DNA of 64,000 bases from Rotaria socialis (lineage: Eukaryota). Both the position numbers and the translations under genes were made by a program. The notes beneath the pieces are model-generated. The model saw only the letters and a list, made by a program, of their open reading frames with translations. It had not been told where the DNA came from and ran no database searches. This document shows positions 40,208-52,263 of the stretch, one piece after another. The stretch's first letter is position 1. Every line of letters starts with the position of its first letter. Location of the stretch: contig CAJNYD010000496.1 in assembly GCA_905331295.1 (NCBI GenBank), forward strand, positions 1-64,000. Direction: 5' to 3'.

Positions 40208-40760
40208 ATGACATTCGATCAAGTATCTTTTTTACTTAAAAGCATTTTGTAATTGAAAGGGTACGCCGTGAATGCAGGATAAGGTTAAAAATATCATCGT
40301 TGATACGCCGTCAACATCAATATCAATATCAACCTGGTAAGTGTTTTTCTCTGATCATCTTTGTTGCCTTTAAAGCGAAGATCAACATGAAAATTTGCAG
40401 ATCAGAAATCTTTTATTTTTTAAGGAATTCAAAATACCATCGCCTGAAGATATACAGAAATATGTTGTGCTGTTTGTTTGCGTTGGTTGTCATGTTTGCT
40501 TGTATTCTACTTGTGTTGATATTTTCAAGTTTCTCAAGAAAAGAGACAATATTTTTCACTATTATTTATCGAACCAATGTGAGTGATGTCAACTTACCAG
40601 CGATGATTGATCTGGATTCGCTCGCTAACATTGTGCGTGTATGTTATATTCTACAATTACTTATTGCTTCTCTTCTTCTATAGGTCAATAATAACTTTGG
40701 GTTGGTCAATGTCAATATTAATATGGCTCAATTCGTACCGATGTCTATAAATCAAAATGT
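40208..40760 (+). CDS. Small exons encoding a single-pass membrane N-terminus; may belong to the downstream esterase or to a decayed gene
   Basis: Exons join as MTFDQ|VKNIIVDTPSTSISISTW|NSKYHRLKIYRNMLCCLFALVVMFACILLVLIF...|VNNNFG. Continuation beyond 40.8 kb is not clean. Confidence 0.4.
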
Positions 40761-41869
40761 TAAGAAGCGTGAAATAATAAAATAGTACAAAACAAAAGTT
40801 TTCTTTATCATTTTTGCAATTTTTTAAAAATTTTCTTACAGTGTGAATCTATGTAGAAATGAAGAAACTAATCCAATGGGTGATCTCTTTATTGCCCATG
40901 TTTCGGCTGTATATCCATTAAATTATAATATAGGGACACATCAAAAACATTTGTTCAACAAAATAAAACTATACAACACAGCTGCATACAGGTCATTCAA
41001 TATCCCCATAAAGTTCGTTGATGGACAAGCACTTCCAGTAAAAATGAACTTTTGTTCATTTCAACATATTTCATCATCAAGTATGAACAGTTCTTTTAAG
41101 ACAGAAATTCACAAAAATAAATAGTTATCGACAAATCACACACATAGAACAAGAAAATATTTGATAGACATAAAAATGATGAAGCAGTTTCATAGGAAAA
41201 CATATCAATGTATATTTTCATTCAACAACGGACATATGTACATACAAGGATATACAGAAAGAAATAGACATGATTGAATGAAAATACACAACTCAAGAAT
41301 AGTTAGAAATTGACTCATCTACATATATCATAGATTAATGAGCAAAGAAATATATTTAGAAAAATCTCTATTTATGTTGTAGTATCCTCAAGTGCCAGAA
41401 ATATTCAAAAAAGACATTCAAAAACCATGACCTACAATGATACAATCTATTCAATACCAAAATTTATTCTAAGTAAAAGTTGGAACGAGAACATTACTTT
41501 GAATACTAACAACAAAACCAGATATGGTTCCTGTCAAGGTGAGAAAAACTATGGAAGTAAATATAATCTTTTCATTAGTGTATAACTTTACTTCTATATC
41601 TGAAAAAAATCTTATTTTACTAAGAAAATATGATAGGAAAAACAGCGAATCTGTTTTCTCATAGGAACTCTTTTATTATAGTCTAAGAAGGGTAGAATTT
41701 TTTGACAGATAAATATCTTAATTAATTTGAACCATAGTAAAGCAGAAATATGTCGTTGGTACTGATTGAAAGGAACTCTAATAATTTTGGCATGCATGAT
41801 ACTTGAATTTCTCAATTAAACAATGAAAAAAAAAATATCAATTTGAAACATTAGATTTATTTCTATAGT

Positions 41870-43054
41870 ATAGGTGGTCTTTATCCAAACGATGAAAAAT
41901 GCGTTGCTTACACATATGGGCCGGATCCTATTCAAGTCATTGAATGTCATTTACCCAAAGGTCCTTATGCTCCTCTTGTTGTGCTGCTGATACACGGTGG
42001 CTTCTGGAGCGCTAAGTACAATCGTTCACTGGAAGATGCCGTTGGCAACGATCTTCTCCGTTTTAAGACTGTTGTCTGTAATTTGGATTATCGTTCTATT
42101 GGCAACGATGGTGGTTATCCGAACACTTTCTATGACGTGGCCAATGGCACCGATCTTATACGGACGATTGCTGAAGAACATGGTTTCAACAGTGATCGAA
42201 TAATTGTTGTCGGTCATTCAGCTGGAGGACAATTAGGAGGCTATATTACAGGGCGCTTCAGACTAAAGTCAAATCAACCTGGTTATAGCACAAATCCTGT
42301 TCGTCCTATAGCTTTTGTTAGTCAGGCCGGTGTCAATAATCTTTGGGATGGCTGTGATCATGCTGAAGAAACAGGTTCTGGCGCAGTGATTTCATTTCTC
42401 GGTGGAAAGTATCAGATGTATCCAGAACGATATGTGTTCTCGTCTTTGGCAGCTTCAAGCAATCTTTCAATCAAGTTCGTGTAGATTTTTCTGTTTTCTT
42501 ATTAAATTCAAATTCTAGTAAAAACGAGTTTCAAGTATCATATTGTTTCCTAAACATATATAATTATATGGACTTGTTTCCTAGAAAGAGAATGAAGAAG
42601 TCATTTTTTCAAATCTTTTTGGTAGAGTAGAAATTTTTTCACATCTGATATATTCTGAAAAATACTTTTATACACATGTTTTCAACGATTATTAAAAGAG
42701 AATGAGACTTATGACAATAATCCTGATTGCTTTTCCAGAGTATCAAGAAACAATTTTCTATTAAGTTACTTAGAACGAAAATAACTTTTATTAATTCAAC
42801 ATTGATTTTATTCATTTAGAGTACAATATCCTAGCCAATTTCTACCACTAGAAGTACCAATGCAAGTTATAACTGGATCAGCAGACATCACTGTCCCTAT
42901 TAGTCAAACAATAACTTTAGCTGAACAAGCAAAATTTGCTGGTGATAACTGTACTGAAGTGATAGTTGAAGGTGAAGATCATTTTGTTCATCTAAATATC
43001 TCTTCGAAATCGTGGAATAGAACACTCACTTTCGTGTTATCTTTCATTCACTGA
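41870..43054 (+). CDS. HSL-like/BD-FAE alpha/beta esterase of bacterial type, with at least one intron; true start lies upstream
   Basis: YTYGPDPIQ, LLIHGGFW, NLDYR..G..GGYP.TF.DV and GHSAGG in exon ~41870-42475. LPLEVP...TGSADITVP...GEDHF in exon ~42820-43054. Confidence 0.8.
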
Positions 43055-43420
43055 ACGACACATCTATAATCATGTCTAATAAAACTAGATCCTGAACACG
43101 TTTGCTCGATTACATATTATTCGCTGGAATTGTTTTTTCTCAAAAATACTCGAGTTCACTATCAAAAAATAACTAATTGAATGAAAGATAACGTAGCTAG
43201 CATTGGTGTTAAATTGCCATTAAACTTATAAGTTTATGAAAAATATTTATGAATATGATGCTTTTAAAAACAGTTTTTATCGTTACATTTGATTAGGGTT
43301 AGGTATATTAACAACAAAACAAATTGTGAACATGAAGATTTTTAAAAAACTATGCTTTGTACAACATTCTCTTGAATATAATCGATGAAAAAAGAATATT
43401 ATTAAAATACATGGAGAATC

Positions 43421-43900
43421 CCCAGTGAAAAATATCCCTCATAAAATCGTGATTATTTTTGATGATGGTTGACCAAACCCGATTTCTCGAACTAAACATA
43501 CCTCTTTTTGTAATATAATCCGATTAAAATCCAATAATCGATTGAAATTTCAATCTATTCAATCAATTATTGATGATTTTACCTCTTAAACTCTGATTTC
43601 AATCGAACAATTGATTGAAATCCTCCCAATCAATTGAAATTTCTCTCTTTGAAAATCAAATTGATACATTATCAATCGGTTATTTCTAATTACAGGAGCT
43701 AAATCCGATTTTAATTCTACAATCGATTAAAATCTTCTTAATCAACTGAAATCCCAATCGTGCACAATCGATTGTTTGTAATTAACGCTTCGGAAACCAG
43801 ATTTTAATCCCACAACCGATTAAAATCTTCTCAATACATTAAAATCTCAATCTGTTAAAACCGAATTGATTGATGATCAATCGATTGTTTCTAATTACTA
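43421..43900. mobile_element. CCCAGTG-terminal element with many AATCGATT/AATCAATT subterminal repeats
   Basis: Dense imperfect AATCGATT repeats. A matching inverted end (...AAATTTTCCACTGG) with the same repeats lies at ~47070-47368. Confidence 0.55.
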
Positions 43901-43906
43901 AAACTA

Positions 43907-44110
43907 CCCAGGTCGATCAATCCGATACAGAACCCGATCGGCTCCTACGTACAGACCGGATTTTATCGGATTAATGGATTGAGGAATCCGACAATAGATT
44001 CGAAAGTCGGACTCATGCGAACAACCACCGATATCCCACCGTCGAAATCAATATACTTTCCTAGTATCGTTATCGATCAGTTTCCAATAGGATCCGATGA
44101 CCATTTCTGC
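43907..44110. mobile_element. CCCAGG-family MITE, left part
   Basis: TA|CCCAGGTCGATC start followed by repeated TCCGA/TCGGA motifs. Confidence 0.6.
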
Positions 44111-44322
44111 ATTTCCTGTGCATAGTCAATACTCCTCTATCGCACCTAATAGAAGCCGCATCAGCGTTTGGCGCTAAATTTCTATGAAAAATTATCCTTG
44201 AATTCTTTTGCGTTTCTTACGAATTTCAAAGATGCTCTATCCCGTGGAGAGACACGCTTACACCAACACGCAAAACAGTTTCTTCGAAACTATCAAAGTT
44301 TGCAATAGGTTATCGAGGTCCA

Positions 44323-44488
44323 CCCAGGTCGATCAAAACGGACCACCGTAAACCGGCGTAATATTATCGTATTCTATAGAACATGCGGCCGTATTACTGC
44401 CCCTGTTATACGGGGAAAATACGGCACGTAAAACGGGCCGTATTTGTATCGTATACGACCGTTTACTGATCGTTTTCTTCGACCGGGA
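44323..44488. mobile_element. CCCAGG-family MITE
   Basis: CA|CCCAGGTCGA...TCGACCGGGA|CA, with internal ACGG/CCGT repeats. Confidence 0.65.
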
Positions 44489-46355
44489 CAGGAACCCGAA
44501 TCCACCATCACGTTCTCGATTCGAGCTTCCACTGGTCAAAAATTGGGTCCATCCAAAACTCAGAGCGTGTAAAGTTAGACTTTTTATTTCAACTCGCTGA
44601 GAGTATTATATAAGTAGAAAGCACACATTATTTGAGTAGGACATAAAACAATATCAGCTCTGTCACCGCTATGTATTTAGACCATTACTATGTAAAAAAC
44701 GTTAAGTATCTACATAGGACGAATTAAAATGGATTAAAAATTTTTAGTTAATGTTAATCGAATTTTTGGATTTTTAACCGATTGGTTTGTCATATTGCCA
44801 TCTAAGTTCAAAAAACTTTTTATAGCACATTCAAATTTAGCTTACCTGTGAGATTTTAACAACTATAATTTTAAACATCAGAAATATAAAAACCGTAAAA
44901 GTTTTGTGTTAAACATTTGACTATCAAGAAGAAGCACACGCTTTCAATGTTTATGCATTAATTTAATTAACAAGTGATGATTGACTACAATTGATTAACA
45001 GGTGAGAAAATGTTGCATGCGATTTATAGTTCACAGTCCTATCTAAAATGTTTGCGTTTTTCGATTTTGATTCTCAGGAATTCGATCGAGAACCATGAAA
45101 AATTTACTCTTCTTTCTACAGAAGGCCGCTAAATACTGAAAAAAAACCTGTACACTGAAAATTTCGAATATTTAGACAGTAGTTGAACAAAGATAATAAA
45201 AAGATTTTGTACAGTTTTTTTTCACTTTTAGATCATTATTCTGATAGGATTTTAACTTTTCTTATGCAAAAACTTCTTCTCATATTTAGTAGAATTGTGC
45301 TTTGCTTTCTTATAAAGATACTATCTTGTGATAATACAGAAGTAGAAGATTTTCAAAGGTGAACAGACAACCAAAGAATACACAGTAGTGATATTTAGAT
45401 TTTCCTTACAGAAATAGATGAGAGCGTCTGTTTGGATTGTGGTATGCTATTATATAGGAATTTAATTCTCGATATCTCAAATTCTGGATTTTAGTGGATT
45501 TCTATTTGAGTTTTACATAACAATAGCACTCCAACGAGTTCTTCAAATGTGATATCAGTCTATTTTTTGGTAAAATTGAGAACGCGCTACTACAGTCTTT
45601 TTTATTTTGAATCTAATAATAAAATTTTCTTTAATGAATAATCGAAATTATAAACACACTTACTGAAAAAATTCCAACGTGAGAACAAATAAACTGGCTC
45701 TTGAGAACTTTTTCGAAGCTGTTCAAATGAATAGTCGTGATAGAAATGAGAGAAGAAATTGTAGTAAATTGTATGTTAAAATATAGTTCCAATAAATAAC
45801 ACTCGGTAAAAAAGGGAAGGAGTAATCACATGTAAAACCAGGTCGTAGCCAGAATTTTATATTAAAACGTCTGTATTTATTTTCCTCTCACCGTTTTACT
45901 GGAAATATATAACTATAACTTAGATAACCTGAGAATGCTCGAAATAGATTCAAGTTGTGTAATAATGGATTAAACTTGTGACTCTTGTAGGACTCGCAGA
46001 CGTAAGCTTAGTTATAGATTAAAAAAACATTTTCAAGGAATGCCAACCAGACAGATCAGATGGTGTCCTTTAGGCAAACTCAAATTCATCAGCATTGTTA
46101 CTATGAAGTAGAGAAATTTGCAAAGTTTATCATCAGTGCTTTATAAGAAGCTAGTTAATTTTTGAGTCGAAGGACAAAGCCATCGATAAGAATGCTTTTC
46201 GAACTTGTCTCTAGTTTGCATAGGCCCAGGACGGAGACATGAATTTCTCATCAGTTCTATTATTAAGACGCACCATCAACTCACCAACATCTACCGTTTC
46301 TAAATATCGTTGAAAAACTTTCAAAGTCGACTTTCTTATTCAAACTGACATGAGA

Positions 46356-46711
46356 TGTCTAGTTCGGATTCGAATATAAATGGACACTCAACTGCATGGT
46401 ATCAATTGAAAAATAAATGATAGAAATAAATTTAGTTTAAGATGGAATGGGTGTGGGTTGAGGAGGTAAAGGGGTAACTGTGGATGGCGTTACGAGTGAG
46501 GGGGTGGGTAGGAGGGGTACCCGGGATACTTCAAATGTGAGTGTGGGTGATGGATACTATGGAAGAGTCTTCAAATGTGGGTGCGGGTGAAGGGTATATA
46601 TGTATTAATATGTCGCATATATCGGAAAGTTAAACTAAAACTAAATCTATTCCTAGATTTAGTTTTAGTTTAATTTGTTTTCTCCATTTATATTCGAACT
46701 CGAATTAGACA
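46356..46711. mobile_element. MITE with ~29-bp TIRs and a G-rich core
   Basis: TGTCTAGTTCGGATTCGAATATAAATGGA ... TCCATTTATATTCGAACTCGAATTAGACA. Confidence 0.65.
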
Positions 46712-46716
46712 GCTAC

Positions 46717-46891
46717 TCCGGGCACAGTAATACGGGACTGAATTTTCATGGCTTACGGCTGTTTGTGCTCCATACTCTCATGACCATACGGTCCGTATTA
46801 CTGTGCCAGATATTACGGCAAACTTTCGCCCGGAAAATAGTCGTAAAGTAACAGTAAACGGTCGCATACGGACTGTACTGTTCGACCTGGG
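46717..46891 (-). mobile_element. CCCAGG-family MITE, copy of the element at 2196
   Basis: Reverse-complement similarity to 2196-2353; ends TTCGACCTGGG. Confidence 0.75.
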
Positions 46892-47722
46892 TCCTTATAA
46901 AACACTGATGATAAACTTTGCAAGTTTCTCTACTTCGTAGTAACAGTGCTGATGCGTTGGAGTTTTCCTAAAGGACACCATCTGATCTGTCCGGTTGACA
47001 TTCCTTGAAAACGTTTTCTTAATCAATAACTAAGCTTACGCCTGTGAGTCCTAGAAGAGCTAACGTTCATGAATCAATTGTGCCAATTGATTGTTATACT
47101 TTCCTAATCGATTTTTATTGATTATAATCAAAATTATCAATTGGATTATTCTGCAACAAAATCAAAATTTTAATCGATTGAAATCGAAATTACCAATCAA
47201 CATCAATCAATTATTATCACCTTGTAATCGGTTGGCTGTGATTCCAATTTCGATTTCAATCGATTATAATTTTGATTTTGTTGCAGAAAAATCCAATTAC
47301 CAATTTCGATTATGCCCAGAGGATTTCGAAATTATAATCGATTTTAATCATTGAAATTTTCCACTGGATTCTTTCTCCATTCAGTCTTGTACATTCTACA
47401 TAAAATATGATGCAAACATTATTGTGCTTACGAAAGAATTCTCATCTATTAGATCTGAATATTTTTTAGAAAAAATATCTTGGAATGTCTTTATTCACAA
47501 TTAATTGAATAAATAAAAACATTCTCATTTGTCTATTTAGTGGATTGAAACATTTTTCAAAAATCGAAGGAGTTCACTTGATCTAGATTAAATTAAATTA
47601 ATTCTATTTCTGCTAAATTTTTATTCACAATAAGAATACAATGAGAAGAAAAAACATAATAATAAAGTTCTAATTAGTTGTTTTATACAAGCTAAAACTG
47701 AAATCAATAAGAATGCTATGAT

Positions 47723-49018
47723 TTATAACCATTTTTTCCATTTAAAAAAAGTGATTGTCAGTATACCACATGCTCCTAAAATAGATAAAATAAAAAAATA
47801 TCCATAATACCATCGTAATGGTGACATGTGTTGAAAATTCATTGAAAACAATCCACAAAAAAATGTTAATGGAATGAAAATAATCGAAACTAAAGTTAGA
47901 AATGTCATTATTCTATTCATTTCAGCTTCGTTAAGTATTACATAAAATGATATTAAACTTGATAATAAATCACAATATGTATCAATACGATCATGTAAGA
48001 GAATAATATGATCATTAAGATCTTTGAAATACATAAAAATATATTCATTAAATAACGGCGCCTTTTCTTGAATAGATCCAAGTGGCCAGCGATGCGTGAG
48101 AGAATCAGAATTTGGATTAAAAAAATAATTTCCCGATAACGTGATACGTTTTGGTCGTTTCTTTCTTCGATATTGTCGTCGATATTGAACAGTTTGATTA
48201 GTTAGAGATATTCTATCTTGTGCTTTTTGTAATTTAATAATAATTTCTCTTAATGGTTGGCATAATATTCTAAAACTTAACATATCGTGTTTAATATGAT
48301 AAATCAACCTAAGTGTTTCAGAATCGAAATGATGCGATGAAATGTCAGAATTATTGTTTTGTTTTAATTTATTCATTAATACTTTATCAATCATATCAAT
48401 TTTAATACTTATACGATCAAGTACAAACATATAATTTTCAATAAGAACATCAATTAGACAATAAAATAAGTAATCAATTTTTAATGAACGTATTCTTCCA
48501 CGATTATTTTTTAAACGGTTTTTAACAATTTGAAATATATCCATGGAATTCGATTTATCTTTCGCTTCTTGAAATGTTATTAAAAAATTGTTTTCTTTTA
48601 ATATAAATGATATTTGTTCTTGATGAATATGTTCCGTATCTGAGTGAACATAGATCATTTTCATCAATAAATAAATACAGGAACCATTATCGAGCAAATC
48701 AAGTTTCATGCGTTCGTTAATTGTATAAATATCTTCTTTAGTCAAGGCATGAAAATTAAAACGATTCGATAATTCATCAAGAATATCTGTTCGATGAATA
48801 CCTTCGATATTCATCCATGTACAATAATCTTTACTGGAACATGATGTTGTCGTAAGAAATACATTTAATTCTGATAATGAATTAAAATTATGCTCAGTAT
48901 AATGTGATTCATCATATTGAATTATATTAAAGAAAATTGGACGATTATCTCCATTCGATATTAATTGTAAATCATATTCGTCACTTGCTAATCGATGATT
49001 ATGAAAACGCATATGCAT
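47723..49018 (-). CDS. corA: CorA-family Mg2+/Co2+ transporter of bacterial type, intronless
   Basis: WMNIEGIH, HALTKEDI...ERMKLD, EQISFIL...ITFQE, DYLFYCLID and MNRIMTFLTLVSIIFIPLTFFCGLFSMNF, followed by a second TM helix and FFKWKKWL. Confidence 0.92.
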   Translation of the reverse strand: MHMRFHNHRLASDEYDLQLISNGDNRPIFFNIIQYDESHYTEHNFNSLSELNVFLTTTSCSSKDYCTWMNIEGIHRTDILDELSNRFNFHALTKEDIYTINERMKLDLLDNGSCIYLLMKMIYVHSDTEHIHQEQISFILKENNFLITFQEAKDKSNSMDIFQIVKNRLKNNRGRIRSLKIDYLFYCLIDVLIENYMFVLDRISIKIDMIDKVLMNKLKQNNNSDISSHHFDSETLRLIYHIKHDMLSFRILCQPLREIIIKLQKAQDRISLTNQTVQYRRQYRRKKRPKRITLSGNYFFNPNSDSLTHRWPLGSIQEKAPLFNEYIFMYFKDLNDHIILLHDRIDTYCDLLSSLISFYVILNEAEMNRIMTFLTLVSIIFIPLTFFCGLFSMNFQHMSPLRWYYGYFFILSILGACGILTITFFKWKKWL

Positions 49019-50793
49019 TCTTTTGTTGATATTTACTTTTGTTTTTCTTGATGATAATATAGTTCACAGTTAAACATGTCAAAGCATTCAACTGTGACCA
49101 ACGTATATCATTCACTGTTGAATCAACTATCATGGTCCAATCATATGCTTTTATTGTAGCGGAAAAATGAGAATTTTTAAAAATAAGCTTTTACAAATTA
49201 ACTCAATTATTTTCAAAAGTTAAAAGTTCTTGAACACTAGTTTGATTATATAGATAAATAAGCTGTTGAGTGAAGAATATTTTCGAGTAAATGAAACTCA
49301 AATATAATCTAATGCACTGTTGATATTATCATAGAAAATGATAAAATATAAATAAATCACATAGATACATATAACATGAACAATTTCAATATCATATTTT
49401 CTGTCATTTATTACTGAAAATGAATTTTGCGAGAGTTCTGATTAAAACACATTTAATGGCATACTTTCTTGCTTCGAATCATTTATATTCATTCATTTCA
49501 ACAACACTTTGAGACAGAATCAAAAATATTGACAAAAAAATTATGATCATATTTTAATATTCATTGGATAGTAAATATTTTCAATAGAATTTCAACTAAG
49601 AGAATTGTCTTATTGAGTGGAATAGACTCATTTCTCCAATGACAAAAAATATATTAGTCAAACGTAAAATACAAAATCCCCTTGCACTTTTCAACAGCAT
49701 TCGCGTTTTTAAGATGTAATATTTCTAGCTCATGAAAAGATCATTTTTTGAAAAATTTCACGATTATTGATTAACAATAAGTGGTGTTAAAGAAATAATA
49801 TATAGTAAATCAACATTCGTAAAAATATATAGAAAATTTCTATAGGATCGGCAGGATTAAATCCAAGGTGGAAAAGCCTCATTCGGAGATTCCTTCCCAT
49901 TCCTAGAAAGTGGATCGTCAGGTGTTTCTCTGGGATTTCAATAAAAAAAACTGAGAATGAACAATAATTTCTCGATCGACTTAACAATATTTCAGTTTTT
50001 TTTGCAAAACTTTATTTCTATTGAAAAAGTTCATACGAGTCTTTTCTCAGAACGTTAGTCAAAAACTGTTTTAGTTGCAAACTCTTGATCTGAGTGGTCT
50101 CTACTACGAATTTGTCAATATTAGAGATTACAACATTTGATTAATTAAATATATCTATATCAATTTTGTTAAAATTCCAGAGAAATATCTAATGATCAAC
50201 CGTCGTCAGATGTAAAACAAATTACAAAAGACGACAACTCTAGTGACAAGGAAATCTTCAAGTACTATCCAGGTGTTTTTTCTATGAATATTTTCTTCAG
50301 ATTAAAACTAAAATCAATTTGAAGCAATATAATAAAAAAAACAATATTAGTTCGATATTTTCTAATGCAATATATCATTGAAAGAAGAAATGATGCATGA
50401 TTCGTAATTGATTGGTAGTTGTTAATCTTTTGATAGAATTGTCTCACCAAACAAAAAGACAATAAATTGATTTCTCTTTTGCATAATCGTATGTTTGCTT
50501 TAGTATTTTCTTACCAGCTGTTAACTTTGATCAAGGTTTTTTCAGTATATTTATTTCCTTTATTAATCGTCTTTCCGCTTTTGTCCTTGATTTTTCTGTG
50601 CTGTTTTCCTTTCTTATATGCACATTGTATTTCTCTTGAGAGTTTTCAGTTTCTAATTAAAATATAAGAGAAAACGTTCGAATGAATTATTTGTTTATTT
50701 ATTTGAATAATGAAAATGTCATCGAGCATAGCATTTTAAAGCTTTTTCTTATATTATTTTTTATTCTACAGACAAAAGCAAAGCAAAAAAAAG

Positions 50794-51429
50794 TTAACTA
50801 CAAACACATTTCTTTGCTGTATGACGCGTTGATGCATCACTTTCTTTTGATGATTCAAGATAATGTAATAGTAATAAATCATTTTGAATTCGAAATGCTT
50901 TATTTATTGCTATTAAAATTTCTTTTTTTGCTTTATTATCCAAATTTTCTGTATGCCAAACAGAATCAATAAGCAGAGTTTCAACGTAACATAATGTTGC
51001 GTTCATATGAATGTAATCAACATTAATTGACCCTTGCCCAGTTTTACTTCCATGTAAACGACCGATTCGTGAAAGATACTGAAGAAAATCATCTGCCCAT
51101 TCATGTTGTAATAATAAACGTTTTAAATAATCACTTAGCATATCTCGACGATAAGCCATTTGTGCTGAATCTAACGTAAGTACTTCATCTTTTTTTAATC
51201 TACCATCAAAGCCATCATTACGTAAAACGAAGAATTCTTTTGTTATATCAAATTGAAATAACTTTCGATAAACAGCATCTACAATTACCGGAACAAGTGG
51301 AAGAGCCGTTGTTGCAAATGCATTTAACGCTTTTACATCATCACTTGTAAAATTTATAAATTTAGCTATATACTCAAAGCGATAACGAAGATCTTCATGT
51401 AAACGCTTACCATCAATATGTTCTGTCAT
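50794..51429 (-). CDS. Protoglobin / globin-sensor single-domain protein
   Basis: MTEHID...LRYRFEYIAKFINFTSDD, VDAVYRKLFQFDIT, YLSRIGRLH (proximal His) and INVDYIHMNATL. The CDS is intronless. Confidence 0.88.
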   Translation of the reverse strand: MTEHIDGKRLHEDLRYRFEYIAKFINFTSDDVKALNAFATTALPLVPVIVDAVYRKLFQFDITKEFFVLRNDGFDGRLKKDEVLTLDSAQMAYRRDMLSDYLKRLLLQHEWADDFLQYLSRIGRLHGSKTGQGSINVDYIHMNATLCYVETLLIDSVWHTENLDNKAKKEILIAINKAFRIQNDLLLLHYLESSKESDASTRHTAKKCVCS

Positions 51430-52263
51430 TCTTCTATAAAACAAAAATGAACTTATGAATAAGGAGATTCTATAAGATTGCTAAGAATGTCAGCAAAGAA
51501 AAATGAAGAGAAAAAAAGTCAAAATCAATATGATCTTTTTCCCTTCAACTCTTTGTTTTTCATTCTGTCAATAAACAAGACTACGTGCACATTGCATGTG
51601 AATAAATACGGATGAACTATTTTAGTTAGTGTATTGCTTTATCTATTATAAGAAAAGTAGTAATAGGTATTATATAGTATAGTAGAACACAGAAGGGAAG
51701 ACTTAGACGAACATTGTCTCTATAGCCCTGAGAAGTAAAAAAAAAACACGTACGATAACATTATCACAGCGTGGAAGAAAAGGAAAGGATTTTGTGGAGA
51801 AAGAATGTGATGTGATTATAACGAGAACAATTACAGACATTGAACGATCTGATAGTTATTATTTTTATTTTATTTTATTTTATTTTTCTTCTTTTCGGAT
51901 CTCCACTAGTAAGAAAAATATCTATAGTTGTATGCAAAGAAAAATATTTGACATAATATAAATCAATTCTACGACTAGTCCTAATAGTGAATCTTTAATT
52001 GCTGAATTGATCTTATTCTTCTTTAGTGTTACGTAAAACAAAAAAAATTGATCAAAAAGAGATTGTTTACAAGCCGATAGTAGTTGCCGAATACGATTCG
52101 ATGTTCTTCCTCTTGTTGCAATTGCTTGCTTTTTTTCAAAACTGGATTCGATAAATATTCTCTTCAGAATAGCAGACAAAGTTTTTTGTTGTATAAAATC
52201 TGCGATGACTGAAGGATTGGTACGCAGAATCGTAGATAAAAGTTTTGGAAAGTGCACTTGGAT

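Larger units (their letters stand above)
45982..47059. mobile_element. Foldback element with ~165-bp imperfect TIRs, containing nested MITEs
   Basis: 45982-46147 is the imperfect reverse complement of 46894-47059. Confidence 0.8.

Noticed and set aside
43500..43900. CRISPR-like or satellite array from repeated AATCGATT motifs
   Set aside because: Repeats are short, irregularly spaced and degenerate, consistent with transposon subterminal repeats. No cas genes are present.
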